A stretch of 44,536 bases of DNA from a virus. Below are positions 23,613 to 31,675 of the stretch, one piece after another. A program made the translations under genes and the position numbers. Below the pieces are notes generated by a model that saw only the letters and a list, made by a program, of their open reading frames with translations, was not told where the DNA came from and searched no databases. The DNA lies in the IMG/VR virus record IMGVR_UViG_3300025294_000010, positions 1 through 44,536 of that record. One strand, 5' to 3'. Position 1 is the stretch's first letter; each line of letters starts with the position of its first letter.

Positions 23613-23788
23613 TTCATTCTCCCGTCAGAGTGGTTAAGTTAAGACCGTAACGTGGGGCAGCCGGAGTCCAGGTTGGGAGGGCTTATACGATTCGCCAACT
23701 TCCGGTTTCCCGGCGGTCTGCCCTTGACCTACATCCCCAGCCGAACTAGCTGCTGGACTTGGAATAAATATCATCACACCAAAAACCA

Positions 23789-23817
23789 CTTGTCAACTAC
23801 TTTTTTCTGTGCCAGTA
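23789..23817 (+). promoter_or_regulatory. Candidate sigma70-type promoter for the rightward replication operon
   Basis: TTGTCA (23789..23794), a 17-nt spacer, then CAGTAT (23812..23817), in an AT-rich divergent gap 30 nt upstream of GTG 23847. The -10 element matches poorly. Confidence 0.3.
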
Positions 23818-23846
23818 TCAGCTCATTGACAACCCCGGAGGACACC

Positions 23847-24029
23847 GTGAGAGATCGAAAGAAGCTACTGGCCGAGCGCAAGCGGGAATCCGCCAAGCTC
23901 AAGGCCGCCATCATCAAGCAGCTGCGCACCACCGACCTGTCGTATGTCGCCATCGGCTACGGCCTTGGCGTCTCGCCGGCCTACGTGGGGCAGGTGAACC
24001 GGGCGGAGAAGGTTCGTGAGCGAGGATAA
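23847..24029 (+). CDS. Mini helix-turn-helix regulator 1 (Cro-like candidate)
   Basis: 60 aa from GTG 23847, with a GGAGG RBS 5 nt upstream. LSYVAIGYGLGVSPAYVGQVNR reads as an HTH. The upstream part of track ORF 23652 runs through AT-rich promoter DNA. Confidence 0.65.
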   Translation: MRDRKKLLAERKRESAKLKAAIIKQLRTTDLSYVAIGYGLGVSPAYVGQVNRAEKVRERG

Positions 24030-24168
24030 GATTGGCATTAGCCCCAAAAGGAAGATTCTTGCCATGCTTAAGACTTCCAATAGGACATACGGCGAGATCG
24101 CAAAATTGGTTGGGGTTTCTAGGCAGTATGTGGCACAACTAGCAAAGAGGGCTGGCTTAACATGGTAG
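24016..24168 (+). CDS. Mini helix-turn-helix regulator 2 (paralogue of 23847..24029; below the ORF-track size cutoff)
   Basis: 50 aa (VSEDKIGISPKRKILAMLKTSNRTYGEIAKLVGVSRQYVAQLAKRAGLTW). GTG 24016 overlaps the end of the upstream gene, and an ATG at 24049 is an alternative start. It shares the L.T...Y..I...LGVS..YV.Q pattern with regulator 1 and is conspicuously AT-rich. Confidence 0.5.
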   Translation: MSEDKIGISPKRKILAMLKTSNRTYGEIAKLVGVSRQYVAQLAKRAGLTW

Positions 24169-24350
24169 CTCCTGACTTCCGCCTGTTCCGCGTCCGCGCC
24201 GACTACTCCCTGTGGATCAACGCTGGCGCCAGCGCGTTCCTGTACGACATGCCGCGCGAGTCCAACCCGGAAACCGATGAGCGCTACCGCGCCGCATGGT
24301 TCTTCGGCTACGACGACACGAAGGCTGCTCAGGAGGGGCGTGCTGCGTGA
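24162..24350 (+). CDS. Hypothetical protein
   Basis: 62 aa. Its ATG overlaps the upstream TAG, and its stop overlaps the helicase GTG start (GTGA). Confidence 0.6.
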   Translation: MVAPDFRLFRVRADYSLWINAGASAFLYDMPRESNPETDERYRAAWFFGYDDTKAAQEGRAA

Positions 24351-26800
24351 CCATCCAGCTGCGCCACTACCAGGAAGACCTGGTATCCGGCATACGCACC
24401 GCTATGGGCAACGTGCAGCGCGTTCTGGCCGTCCTTCCCACGGGCGGCGGGAAGTGCCTGGCTGCCGGAACTCCAGTCATGCTACATGACGGCCGCGTCA
24501 TATCGGTTGAGAATGTCCGCGTTGGCGATCTTCTCATGGGTCCTGATAGTCAACCTAGAAAGGTTGAATCGCTTGCGCGAGGCCGCGAGGCGCTGTACCG
24601 GGTTACCCCCGTCAAGGGTGAAAGTTACACGGTCAACGAGTCCCATATATTGTCGCTAAAGATGACTGTTACCGGGGAAATAAAGAACATCGAGGTACGC
24701 GACTACTTGGGGTCAAGTAAGACATTCAAGCATTGCGCAAAGGGGTGGCGCGTCGCTGTGGACTTCCCGCCACACTCGGATCAATTAGCGATTCCAGCCT
24801 ACATGCTTGGAGTTTGGTTGGGCGATGGTAATAGTAGGAATTTCAGCATCACTACTGGTGATCCAGAGATTGCCTATGAGGTTGCGCGATATGCAGATTC
24901 AATTGATATGAAGATTCGCGTTGAGCACAACTCCCCAGGGTCGGTGATAATGCATGTTAGCGGAGGCCCCGTGCCGCCTGGCCGAGGGGGTGGAACCATG
25001 GGGAATTCCCTCCGCAAATACAATCTGACCAACAACAAGCACATACCGCACAGATATAAAACCGGATCTCGCCATGAACGCCTAGAACTGCTTGCTGGAA
25101 TCATAGATACCGATGGACACATGGGAGGGAAGGGTTTTGACCTGACACTAAAGTCAGAGCGGCTCATGGATGATGTTATTTTCGTAGCACGCTCTTTGGG
25201 ATTCTCTGCCTATAAGAGAGAGTGCAAAAAGACCTGCGGGAATAATGGAAAGGTTGGAACATACTGGCGATGCCACATAAACGGACCAGTAGAATCTGTA
25301 CCTTGCCGTGTTGCGCGCAAGCGTGCAGATCCTCGGCGCCAGATAAAAGATCCGCTCGTAACGGGTATCACTGTAGAGCCTGCTGGATACGGTGAATATT
25401 ATGGGTTCGAGGTCTCTGGAAATGATCGCCTATTCCTACTGGGTGACTTTACTGTCACTCATAACACCGTGTGCTTCAGCTACATGGCATCCCGCGCGCG
25501 AGAGCGTGGCCGCAGGATCGGAATCTTTGCCCACCGAGCCGAGCTGCTTACGCAAATCAGTGACACACTGCGCGCATTCCGCGTACCGCACCAGATCATC
25601 GGGCCGAATACCGGGCAGCCTGATCGCAGGCATACCGTGTTCGTTTGCTCCGCGCAGACCTACGCGCGCCGCGCCGCGCAGATGCCGGAGTTCGACCTCA
25701 TCATCGTGGACGAGGCGCACCATGCGACGCAGGGATCGACATGGGACCAATGCCTGCAGCGCTCAGTGCTGGCCAAGGTCATCGGCGTGACGGCCACCCC
25801 GCAGCGTCTGGATGGGCGCGGCTTAGGGGAGACGTTCCAGGAGATGGTCATCGGCCCGCGTCCTCATGAGCTGATCCAGATGGGGCACCTGTCCAAGTAT
25901 CGCCTCCTATCCCCCGGCAAGATCGACCTGTCCGGGGTTCGGATGCTGGGCGGCGACTATAACAAGGGCCAGGTCAACGAGGCCGTGGACAAGCCGGCGA
26001 TCACCGGCGACATCGTGAAGCACTACCGGGACTACCTCAATGGCGCGCCGAGCGCTGCCTTCTGCGTTACCGTGGCCCATGCCCAGCATGTCGCGGAGCA
26101 TTTCCGCGCATCCGGGTATACCGCGGCATCCATCGACGGGAAGATGGAGAAGTTCGAGCGCGCACAGATCGTGCGGGACTTCCGCGAAGGGCGGCTCAAC
26201 CTCATCACCTCAGCGGAGATCCTGTCCGAGGGCTTCGACGTGCCTGGCATGTTCGGCGCCATCCTGATCCGACCAACGAAGTCCCTGTCCCTGTATCTGC
26301 AGCAGGTCGGGCGCGCGCTGCGCACGGCGCCTGGCAAGGACCGAGCGATCATTCTGGACCACGTTGGCAACTCCGACGACGACAACCACGGCCTGCCATG
26401 CGCTGACCGGCACTGGACGCTGGAAGGTGGCGCCGCGCCGCGCGCCAAGGGTGAGGTATCCACCTACCGCGAGTGCATGAAGTGTCGCACCCGCTCCCCG
26501 CTCTACCACGCGAAGTGCCCGGAGTGCGGAACTCCGTTCCCGGTGCGCGTGCGAGAGATCGAGGAGCGCGACGGAACGCTGATCGAGCAGGACATCGAGG
26601 AGCGGCGCGAGAAGGCGAAGAAGGAAATCTCCCCGCAGATGCGCGAACAGCAGAAGACCCGTAGTAAGGAAGGGCTCGCGTCGCTGTTCCAGCGTCAGAT
26701 GAGTGAAAAGTTGGGCCGCGCCCTCACGCCTGATGAGATGGCTTCCCAGGTCAGGCGCGCCGGGCATGTGATGGATGCGCGCGCGAGGAAGGAATGGTGA
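24347..26800 (+). CDS. SF2 (DEAH-box) DNA helicase precursor interrupted by an intein; C-terminal zinc ribbon
   Basis: GTG 24347 has an AGGAGGGG RBS 8 nt upstream. The exteins give LPTGGGK|TVCF (motif I), IIVDEAHH (II), GVTATP (III) and QQVGRALR (VI). CMKCRTRSPLYHAKCPECG is a CxxC-x10-CxxC ribbon. The precursor is 817 aa and the spliced product would be 480 aa. Confidence 0.9.
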   Translation: MTIQLRHYQEDLVSGIRTAMGNVQRVLAVLPTGGGKCLAAGTPVMLHDGRVISVENVRVGDLLMGPDSQPRKVESLARGREALYRVTPVKGESYTVNESHILSLKMTVTGEIKNIEVRDYLGSSKTFKHCAKGWRVAVDFPPHSDQLAIPAYMLGVWLGDGNSRNFSITTGDPEIAYEVARYADSIDMKIRVEHNSPGSVIMHVSGGPVPPGRGGGTMGNSLRKYNLTNNKHIPHRYKTGSRHERLELLAGIIDTDGHMGGKGFDLTLKSERLMDDVIFVARSLGFSAYKRECKKTCGNNGKVGTYWRCHINGPVESVPCRVARKRADPRRQIKDPLVTGITVEPAGYGEYYGFEVSGNDRLFLLGDFTVTHNTVCFSYMASRARERGRRIGIFAHRAELLTQISDTLRAFRVPHQIIGPNTGQPDRRHTVFVCSAQTYARRAAQMPEFDLIIVDEAHHATQGSTWDQCLQRSVLAKVIGVTATPQRLDGRGLGETFQEMVIGPRPHELIQMGHLSKYRLLSPGKIDLSGVRMLGGDYNKGQVNEAVDKPAITGDIVKHYRDYLNGAPSAAFCVTVAHAQHVAEHFRASGYTAASIDGKMEKFERAQIVRDFREGRLNLITSAEILSEGFDVPGMFGAILIRPTKSLSLYLQQVGRALRTAPGKDRAIILDHVGNSDDDNHGLPCADRHWTLEGGAAPRAKGEVSTYRECMKCRTRSPLYHAKCPECGTPFPVRVREIEERDGTLIEQDIEERREKAKKEISPQMREQQKTRSKEGLASLFQRQMSEKLGRALTPDEMASQVRRAGHVMDARARKEW
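24455..25465 (+). mobile_element. Intein (337 codons) with LAGLIDADG-type homing endonuclease core, inserted in the helicase P-loop
   Basis: It starts with Cys (CLAAGTPVML) right after GGGK and ends ...LLGDFTVTHN, followed by a +1 Thr. TVNESH provides a block-B-like His. Two LAGLIDADG-type motifs are present (LGVWLGDGNS and LLAGIIDTDGH). The insert is visibly lower in GC than the flanking extein DNA. Confidence 0.85.
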
Positions 26801-27066
26801 ACGAGCGCGACCGCAACCGGGCGCTATACCCTGACTTCGCCTTTGCCATAGACGAGATGCGCAGGCTTGGCTGGAAGATCGACGCAGCATGGATCGAAAA
26901 CCCGGAGACAGGCGCGGTCATCGCCGGCAACCGCCCACGCGGCGCGCACGACGGCGTGGAGTACAGCGCCGATGCCTGGATCCGACATCACAATGCCCTC
27001 GCGGAGAACCGCCGCTTGCGCGAGGAAGCAACCATCAAGCGGCAAAAACGAGGGTTCAGGTCATGA
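26794..27066 (+). CDS. Hypothetical protein
   Basis: 90 aa. ATG 26794 overlaps the helicase end by 7 nt, in a GC3-rich frame. Confidence 0.6.
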   Translation: MVNERDRNRALYPDFAFAIDEMRRLGWKIDAAWIENPETGAVIAGNRPRGAHDGVEYSADAWIRHHNALAENRRLREEATIKRQKRGFRS

Positions 27067-27305
27067 CGGATTGGAAAAGCATCAACGACGCGCCGAAGGA
27101 TGGCCGCCCCGTGTGGGCGCGCGGCTACAACGGCGGCAGCATTCTCAACGGCTACCACTACGCGCTGGTGTACTGGCACGAAGACGAGCGGCTTCCGGTG
27201 AATGGCTGGTGGACCACAGCGCCGGTTATGGAACACATGGAGTTCCTGGTGGAGTACCTGCCAACCGCGTTCACCGAGGCTGCGCCGAGGATCCTGCTGT
27301 CATGA
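27063..27305 (+). CDS. DUF551-like small phage protein
   Basis: 80 aa from ATG 27063 (ATGA overlap). WKSINDAPKDGRPVWARG resembles the N-terminal motif of DUF551-type proteins. Confidence 0.5.
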   Translation: MTDWKSINDAPKDGRPVWARGYNGGSILNGYHYALVYWHEDERLPVNGWWTTAPVMEHMEFLVEYLPTAFTEAAPRILLS

Positions 27306-27763
27306 GCGAAACCAGCATCATGAAGGCGATCCGCGACAAGCTCAGTCGCGGCGCGGTTCGCCTGTACCGCAACAACGTCGGCCAGGGCCTGATGGTCTAT
27401 CACAAGCACGCGCAGACGAAGCAGACCATCATCACCAGATGCATCGCACTGGCCAACGAACTTGGTGGCTCCGCATCCCGCCTGTCATTCGGCCTGGGCG
27501 TCGGGACGGGCGACCTGATCGGCTACCAGCGCATCCGCATCACGCCGGAGATGGTCGGGCGCGACATGCTGGTGTTCGTGTCGTGCGAGGTAAAAACGGA
27601 CGCCGGCGCATCGCGCGAAGAACAGGTGGCGTGGGCCGAACACGTCTGCGCAATGGGCGGGAAGGCATTCGTGGCCCGCTCGGTCGAACAGGCCCAACAA
27701 GAACTTGACAAGCCCTTCATTGGAGTGGAAGCTTCGGGTTCCACCACCGGAGAAACCGAATGA
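27302..27763 (+). CDS. VRR-NUC domain nuclease
   Basis: 153 aa from ATG 27302 (ATGA overlap). GDLIGYQ...VFVSCEVKTDAGASREEQVAWAEHVCAMGGKAFVARSVEQA fits the VRR-NUC signature (D..G....vEvK...g.ls..Q..w...l...G..a.va.s.eea). Confidence 0.8.
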   Translation: MSETSIMKAIRDKLSRGAVRLYRNNVGQGLMVYHKHAQTKQTIITRCIALANELGGSASRLSFGLGVGTGDLIGYQRIRITPEMVGRDMLVFVSCEVKTDAGASREEQVAWAEHVCAMGGKAFVARSVEQAQQELDKPFIGVEASGSTTGETE

Positions 27764-27936
27764 GCCTGGACACCATCCCACCGAGCAAGAAGGCCGAGAG
27801 CGAGCGGCTGCAGCGCGACCTGCAGCAGTTCCTCGATGCCGGCAAGATGACCGAGATCCTTTCCGCACCCGTGGCGCCGCCGACCCTGCGCGGCCAGCCG
27901 CATCCCTACCGCCGCTTCAACTCAGGAGCCAACTGA
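27760..27936 (+). CDS. Hypothetical 58-aa protein (below the ORF-track cutoff)
   Basis: MSLDTIPPSKKAESERLQRDLQQFLDAGKMTEILSAPVAPPTLRGQPHPYRRFNSGAN. Its ATG overlaps the upstream stop (ATGA), and a GGAGAA RBS lies 5 nt upstream. Confidence 0.5.
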   Translation: MSLDTIPPSKKAESERLQRDLQQFLDAGKMTEILSAPVAPPTLRGQPHPYRRFNSGAN

Positions 27937-27937
27937 A

Positions 27938-28240
27938 ATGGCATTCCGCAAAACCCATGACCTTGCCGTAAAGACCGGAGAGTACACCGATGCACAGGGC
28001 AACACGAAGGGCCGCTACGAGAACGTCGGTCACATCCTGCGCGATGGCGACAACCGGATGATCTGCCTCAAGCGCACGTTCAACCCGGCAGGCGTCCCCA
28101 ACCCGGATGGGCGCGATACCGTGGTCGTGTCCGCCTTCGAGGTGAAGGAGGATGGGGGGAAGCAGCAGCAGTCAGCGCCCCGCCAGCAGCAGCGGCCGGC
28201 GCCGCCGGCGCAGACTGCCGACGACGACATTCCGTTCTGA
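27938..28240 (+). CDS. Small ssDNA-binding-protein candidate carrying a bacterial SSB C-terminal tip
   Basis: 100 aa with an AGGAG RBS. A ~75-aa beta-rich core is followed by a Gln/Pro-rich linker and the terminal hexapeptide DDDIPF (28220..28237), which is identical to the conserved SSB-Ct motif. Confidence 0.65.
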   Translation: MAFRKTHDLAVKTGEYTDAQGNTKGRYENVGHILRDGDNRMICLKRTFNPAGVPNPDGRDTVVVSAFEVKEDGGKQQQSAPRQQQRPAPPAQTADDDIPF

Positions 28241-28264
28241 TCCACCAACGCCCAGGAGGGCAAA

Positions 28265-28627
28265 ATGAGCAACGACAGCGACATCGAAAAAGAACTCCAG
28301 GCCAAGGGCCTCATCGCTCCGCGCGTGACGCCGGCTGACATCGAGGCCGAGATTACCAGCGAGTTCTACTTCACGGCCGCAGACGGCTGCGCCGGAGCGA
28401 GCGGGCACCGGCCGACAAGCCAGCGAGCAGGCACTGCACTGGGCCTGCTGACGTTCTGCGTGCTGGTGCTGCGCAACGGCTTCACCGTCACCGGTGAATC
28501 GGCCTGCGCCAGCCCTGAAAACTTCGACGCCGAGTTGGGCCGCAAGATCGCCCGCCAGAACTCGGTGCAGAAGATCTGGCCACTCCTCGGCTTCCGCCTG
28601 CGCGACAAGCTGACGGCTTCACAGTAA
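28265..28627 (+). CDS. N4 Gp49 / Sf6 gene 66 family protein
   Basis: 120 aa with an AGGAGGG RBS. LTFCVLVLRNGFTVTGESACASPENFDAELGRKIARQNSVQKIWPLLGFRLRDKL matches the family core as I remember it. Confidence 0.7.
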   Translation: MSNDSDIEKELQAKGLIAPRVTPADIEAEITSEFYFTAADGCAGASGHRPTSQRAGTALGLLTFCVLVLRNGFTVTGESACASPENFDAELGRKIARQNSVQKIWPLLGFRLRDKLTASQ

Positions 28628-28712
28628 TATCTCCCCGCCGGGACAGCGCCTCCCCTGCGTTGCTGGTGCCGTCACACCAGCTTACCGGCACCTATCCGCC
28701 TGACGGGGCCAA

Positions 28713-30665
28713 ATGAACGCCACACCCGAACTACCGCATTCGACCGAGGCGGAACAATCCGTCCTCGGCGCGCTGATGATGTCCCCGGAGTCGCTGCCGT
28801 CCGTGCGCGCCCAGCTCCGCGAGGACCACTTCTTCCATTCCAGCCACCGGGCCATCTTCAAGGCCGCGATGGGCCTGGCTGATGCCAAGCGCCCCGTTGA
28901 CCCAACCACCGTGGCGGACGCCCTGGAGAGCGCCGAGACGGCCGCCTACGCGCTGGAGATCGCCGCCGGCCACTACTCCGTGGCCAACCTACCGGGGTAC
29001 GTCGACCTGGTGCGCCGGTCTGCCGCCAAGCGGCGCCAGGTGCAGATCGGCCAGGAGCTGATCGAGCGCGGCATGAACTGTGCCGAGCCGGAGGACATCG
29101 CCGCCTACGGCATCTCCTCCCTGTCCGGGATCCTGACGACATTCTCCAAGAGCCGCGGCGAGCCGATGGACGTGTTCGGCGACTCGCCGACCACTGAACT
29201 GCAGCCGGAGTGGTTGCCGCCTGGCATTGCTGAATACGCAATCGACCAAGGCCGCGTGATCGGCGTGCACCCGGAGATGATCGCCATGGGCTGCCTGACG
29301 ACTATCGCCGCCGCACTTGACGATGCCTTCGTCATCTGCCCAAAGCCCAATGAGCCGAAGTGGCGCGAGCGCGCCTGCCTGTGGGCCATGGTCATCGCGC
29401 CGCCTGGCAGCAAGAAGTCGGTTGCCATCCGCCGTCCGATGGAGCCGCTGTCCAAGATCAACAACGCCATGATCTCCGAGTTTACGCGGGACATGGGCGA
29501 GTACATGCCGAAGCTGCGGGAATTCAACATCCGCGAGCGTTCGGCGGAGAAGCGCCGCGCCAATGGTGAAGGATTCGAGGAGCGCGAGGACGCACCATCC
29601 AAGCCTGCGCAGCGCCGCATCATCATCAACGACGTGACCACCGAGAAGCTGGGCGAGCTGTTCCAGGACAACACCCGCGGGATGCTCTACAGCACCGACG
29701 AACTGGCGCTATGGTTCAGCCTGTTCGACGCCTACTCCAAGAACGGTGGCGGAAAGGACCGCGCCTATGCGCTGCGCGCGTATGAGGGTGGCGAAACCAC
29801 CTTCGACCGCAAGGGATCGGGCACCACGCATGTCACCAACTGGAGCTATTCCGTCGTCGGCACCACGCAGCCGGATAAGATCCGGGAGATCGCGCGGGAC
29901 TCTGCGGACGACGGCCTGTTCCAGCGCTTCATGTGCGTGGAGGTGAGCCGCAAGGGCGTTCAGGCGGATTTTGACCACCCGGAGAACGAGGCGCTTGCGC
30001 GCGACTACACCCGCGCGATCCAAGACATCTACGCCATGAAGCCTGGCAACGACCCCGTGGTGAAGATGGGGCCTGAGGCAGCGTCCATGTACCGGGAGTT
30101 CTGTGGCTGGGTGGAGCGCATGTCCACCAACGATAGCCTCTCTCCCATGCTGCTCGGTCACCTTGGAAAGTGGTCCGGACTGTGGGCGCGACTGTGCCTG
30201 GTCTACCACGCCTACGGCTGCGCGCTGGCCGGAAAGTACCCGGCGACAACTCCCATCGCGGCGCGCACCGCGGAGCGCGTCACAGCCTTCATGCAGCGCT
30301 TCCTGCTGCCACAGGCGTTGCGCTTCTACGGCAGCACCATCGCCGAGGGGAACAAGCTGTTCAGCATGGCTCAGTCTGTGGCGGCCATGATCCTGTCGGA
30401 CGGGTTGATGACGGTGACGAGCCGGGAGATCCACTTCGGCTGCGGAGCCTGGCGCACGGCGACCGAGTGGCAGCGCAAGGCGGCTATCGGCCTCCTGCGC
30501 GACGGGAACTGGCTGTCAGATGGCGAGTCGGCCTGGGTGGTCAATCCCATGGTGCATGGCCGCTATGCAGAGCGCGCGCTGATGGAGCGCGACAGACGGA
30601 CGGATGCGGCGGAGAAGCTGCGAGAGCTTCGGGAGTTGGCCAGAGGAAACAGGGTGGCGGAATAG
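28713..30665 (+). CDS. Replication protein: DnaB N-terminal-like domain fused to a DUF3987-type P-loop ATPase (helicase/primase-associated)
   Basis: 650 aa. PHSTEAEQSVLGALMMSPESL...HFFHSSHRAIFKA fits the DnaB N-terminal domain signature. A central Walker A (VIAPPGSKKS) sits in a region resembling DUF3987-type phage/plasmid replicative ATPases. Confidence 0.75.
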   Translation: MNATPELPHSTEAEQSVLGALMMSPESLPSVRAQLREDHFFHSSHRAIFKAAMGLADAKRPVDPTTVADALESAETAAYALEIAAGHYSVANLPGYVDLVRRSAAKRRQVQIGQELIERGMNCAEPEDIAAYGISSLSGILTTFSKSRGEPMDVFGDSPTTELQPEWLPPGIAEYAIDQGRVIGVHPEMIAMGCLTTIAAALDDAFVICPKPNEPKWRERACLWAMVIAPPGSKKSVAIRRPMEPLSKINNAMISEFTRDMGEYMPKLREFNIRERSAEKRRANGEGFEEREDAPSKPAQRRIIINDVTTEKLGELFQDNTRGMLYSTDELALWFSLFDAYSKNGGGKDRAYALRAYEGGETTFDRKGSGTTHVTNWSYSVVGTTQPDKIREIARDSADDGLFQRFMCVEVSRKGVQADFDHPENEALARDYTRAIQDIYAMKPGNDPVVKMGPEAASMYREFCGWVERMSTNDSLSPMLLGHLGKWSGLWARLCLVYHAYGCALAGKYPATTPIAARTAERVTAFMQRFLLPQALRFYGSTIAEGNKLFSMAQSVAAMILSDGLMTVTSREIHFGCGAWRTATEWQRKAAIGLLRDGNWLSDGESAWVVNPMVHGRYAERALMERDRRTDAAEKLRELRELARGNRVAE

Positions 30666-30697
30666 AAAAACCCCGGTGATGAGCCGGGGTTTTGTTT
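30666..30697. terminator. Bidirectional rho-independent terminator between convergent operons
   Basis: AAAACCCCGG (30667..30676) pairs with CCGGGGTTTT (30684..30693) around a 7-nt loop. It is flanked by an A5 run on one side and TTTTGTTT on the other, so it can work on both strands. Confidence 0.9.
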
Positions 30698-30717
30698 ACT
30701 CGGGCTGGGCGTGCCAC

Positions 30718-30900
30718 TTAGCCATGGGGGTTCTCCTTCATCGCCTTGCGCATCTGCGGCTCCGTGAACTCGTGGTAGCGATTGCATGAGCTGCAACGCG
30801 CGGTATAAATCTTGGACCGACCACGGCGGATGAAGGTCAGGATATGGCCGATCATTGCCCAGTTATACTGGCCATTCTTGCAGCAGGCGGTAGCCATCAC
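30718..30900 (-). CDS. Cys-rich basic mini-protein (zinc-binding candidate), last gene of the leftward operon
   Basis: 60 aa. It has CC near the N-terminus plus CSSC, and its ATG overlaps the upstream stop (ATGA). GC is visibly lower than in its neighbours. Confidence 0.6.
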   Translation of the reverse strand: MMATACCKNGQYNWAMIGHILTFIRRGRSKIYTARCSSCNRYHEFTEPQMRKAMKENPHG

Positions 30901-31514
30901 TCCCCTCCCGCCGCGCCGGCTGCGGCGATCATGGCCTTGTAGATGAGGCAGGCGATGGTGCCTTTCTCCATAGCGTGATCTTTCGCGCGCGAGTCGCCAA
31001 GTTCGGCCTCAAGCCACGCAGGAATTGTCTCCCCGCAGCGGTCAAGATGCTTGCGCAACGATTCCGGCGTGTGCCGGTTGTAAGCCTGCATCCACATCAC
31101 GATGTCGCGGGCCAGTCCTGCCCACATCGCCTCCGTCGGCTCCATCGGCACCAGGGCGTGGCCGGGCGGGGGCTGCGGCAGTGACTTGGGAGAGAACTTC
31201 CCGTCGTATCCATCACCCCAAAGCACGCGCTGCTCCAATGCCGCCAGCAGCGTTCCAACCGTGCAGCCCTTATTGATCGTGCTGGCTGGCGGTAGACGAA
31301 CGTCGCACGGGAGCTTGTCCTCTGGCTGCAGGTGCCAATCCTGCCCGCCGGCCTTCTGGCCCTCGCGGAGCGCGGCGGTGATGGCGCGTAGGGCCGCACT
31401 GATCGGAACAATCCCGCCCTTCCAGTCTTCTGTCAGCCAGTGCTGAGGCACGCCTTCGGCTTCCGCCAGCAGCTCCCTTGCCCGCGCCTCCAGCGCCTGG
31501 TCGTTCTCGCTCAT
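30897..31514 (-). CDS. Hypothetical protein
   Basis: 205 aa from ATG 31514 (ATGA overlap with the upstream stop). The track start at 31562 lies inside the upstream CDS. Confidence 0.65.
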   Translation of the reverse strand: MSENDQALEARARELLAEAEGVPQHWLTEDWKGGIVPISAALRAITAALREGQKAGGQDWHLQPEDKLPCDVRLPPASTINKGCTVGTLLAALEQRVLWGDGYDGKFSPKSLPQPPPGHALVPMEPTEAMWAGLARDIVMWMQAYNRHTPESLRKHLDRCGETIPAWLEAELGDSRAKDHAMEKGTIACLIYKAMIAAAGAAGGE

Positions 31515-31675
31515 GACACCCTCCCTCCAGCGTTGAGGAAGTCGCGCAAGGTGACGCGGCAACCGTCGTAGAACATGACACCGCTCACAAGCTCGGCAGG
31601 CCAGATGCCGCCGTTTGCGATCACGGCAGAGTAGACGCTAGGGTCCAGTGCCTGGTCGTGGTTATCGGTGGTCAT
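31511..31675 (-). CDS. Hypothetical mini-protein (start 31675 or 31702)
   Basis: 54 aa from ATG 31675, which overlaps the upstream stop by 14 nt. The frame is GC3-rich. Confidence 0.5.
   Translation of the reverse strand: MTTDNHDQALDPSVYSAVIANGGIWPAELVSGVMFYDGCRVTLRDFLNAGGRVS

Noticed and set aside
23652-23846. An N-terminal extension of the mini-HTH gene (track ORF 23652..24029, 125 aa).
   Set aside because: The extension crosses the AT-rich divergent promoter gap. GTG 23847 has a GGAGG RBS at ideal spacing and yields a compact HTH protein.
24296-24346. The ATG 24296 start for the helicase (17 extra residues, MVLRLRRHEGCSGGACC).
   Set aside because: It lies wholly inside the upstream 62-aa gene. 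GTG 24347 has an AGGAGGGG RBS and the GTGA coupling used throughout this genome.
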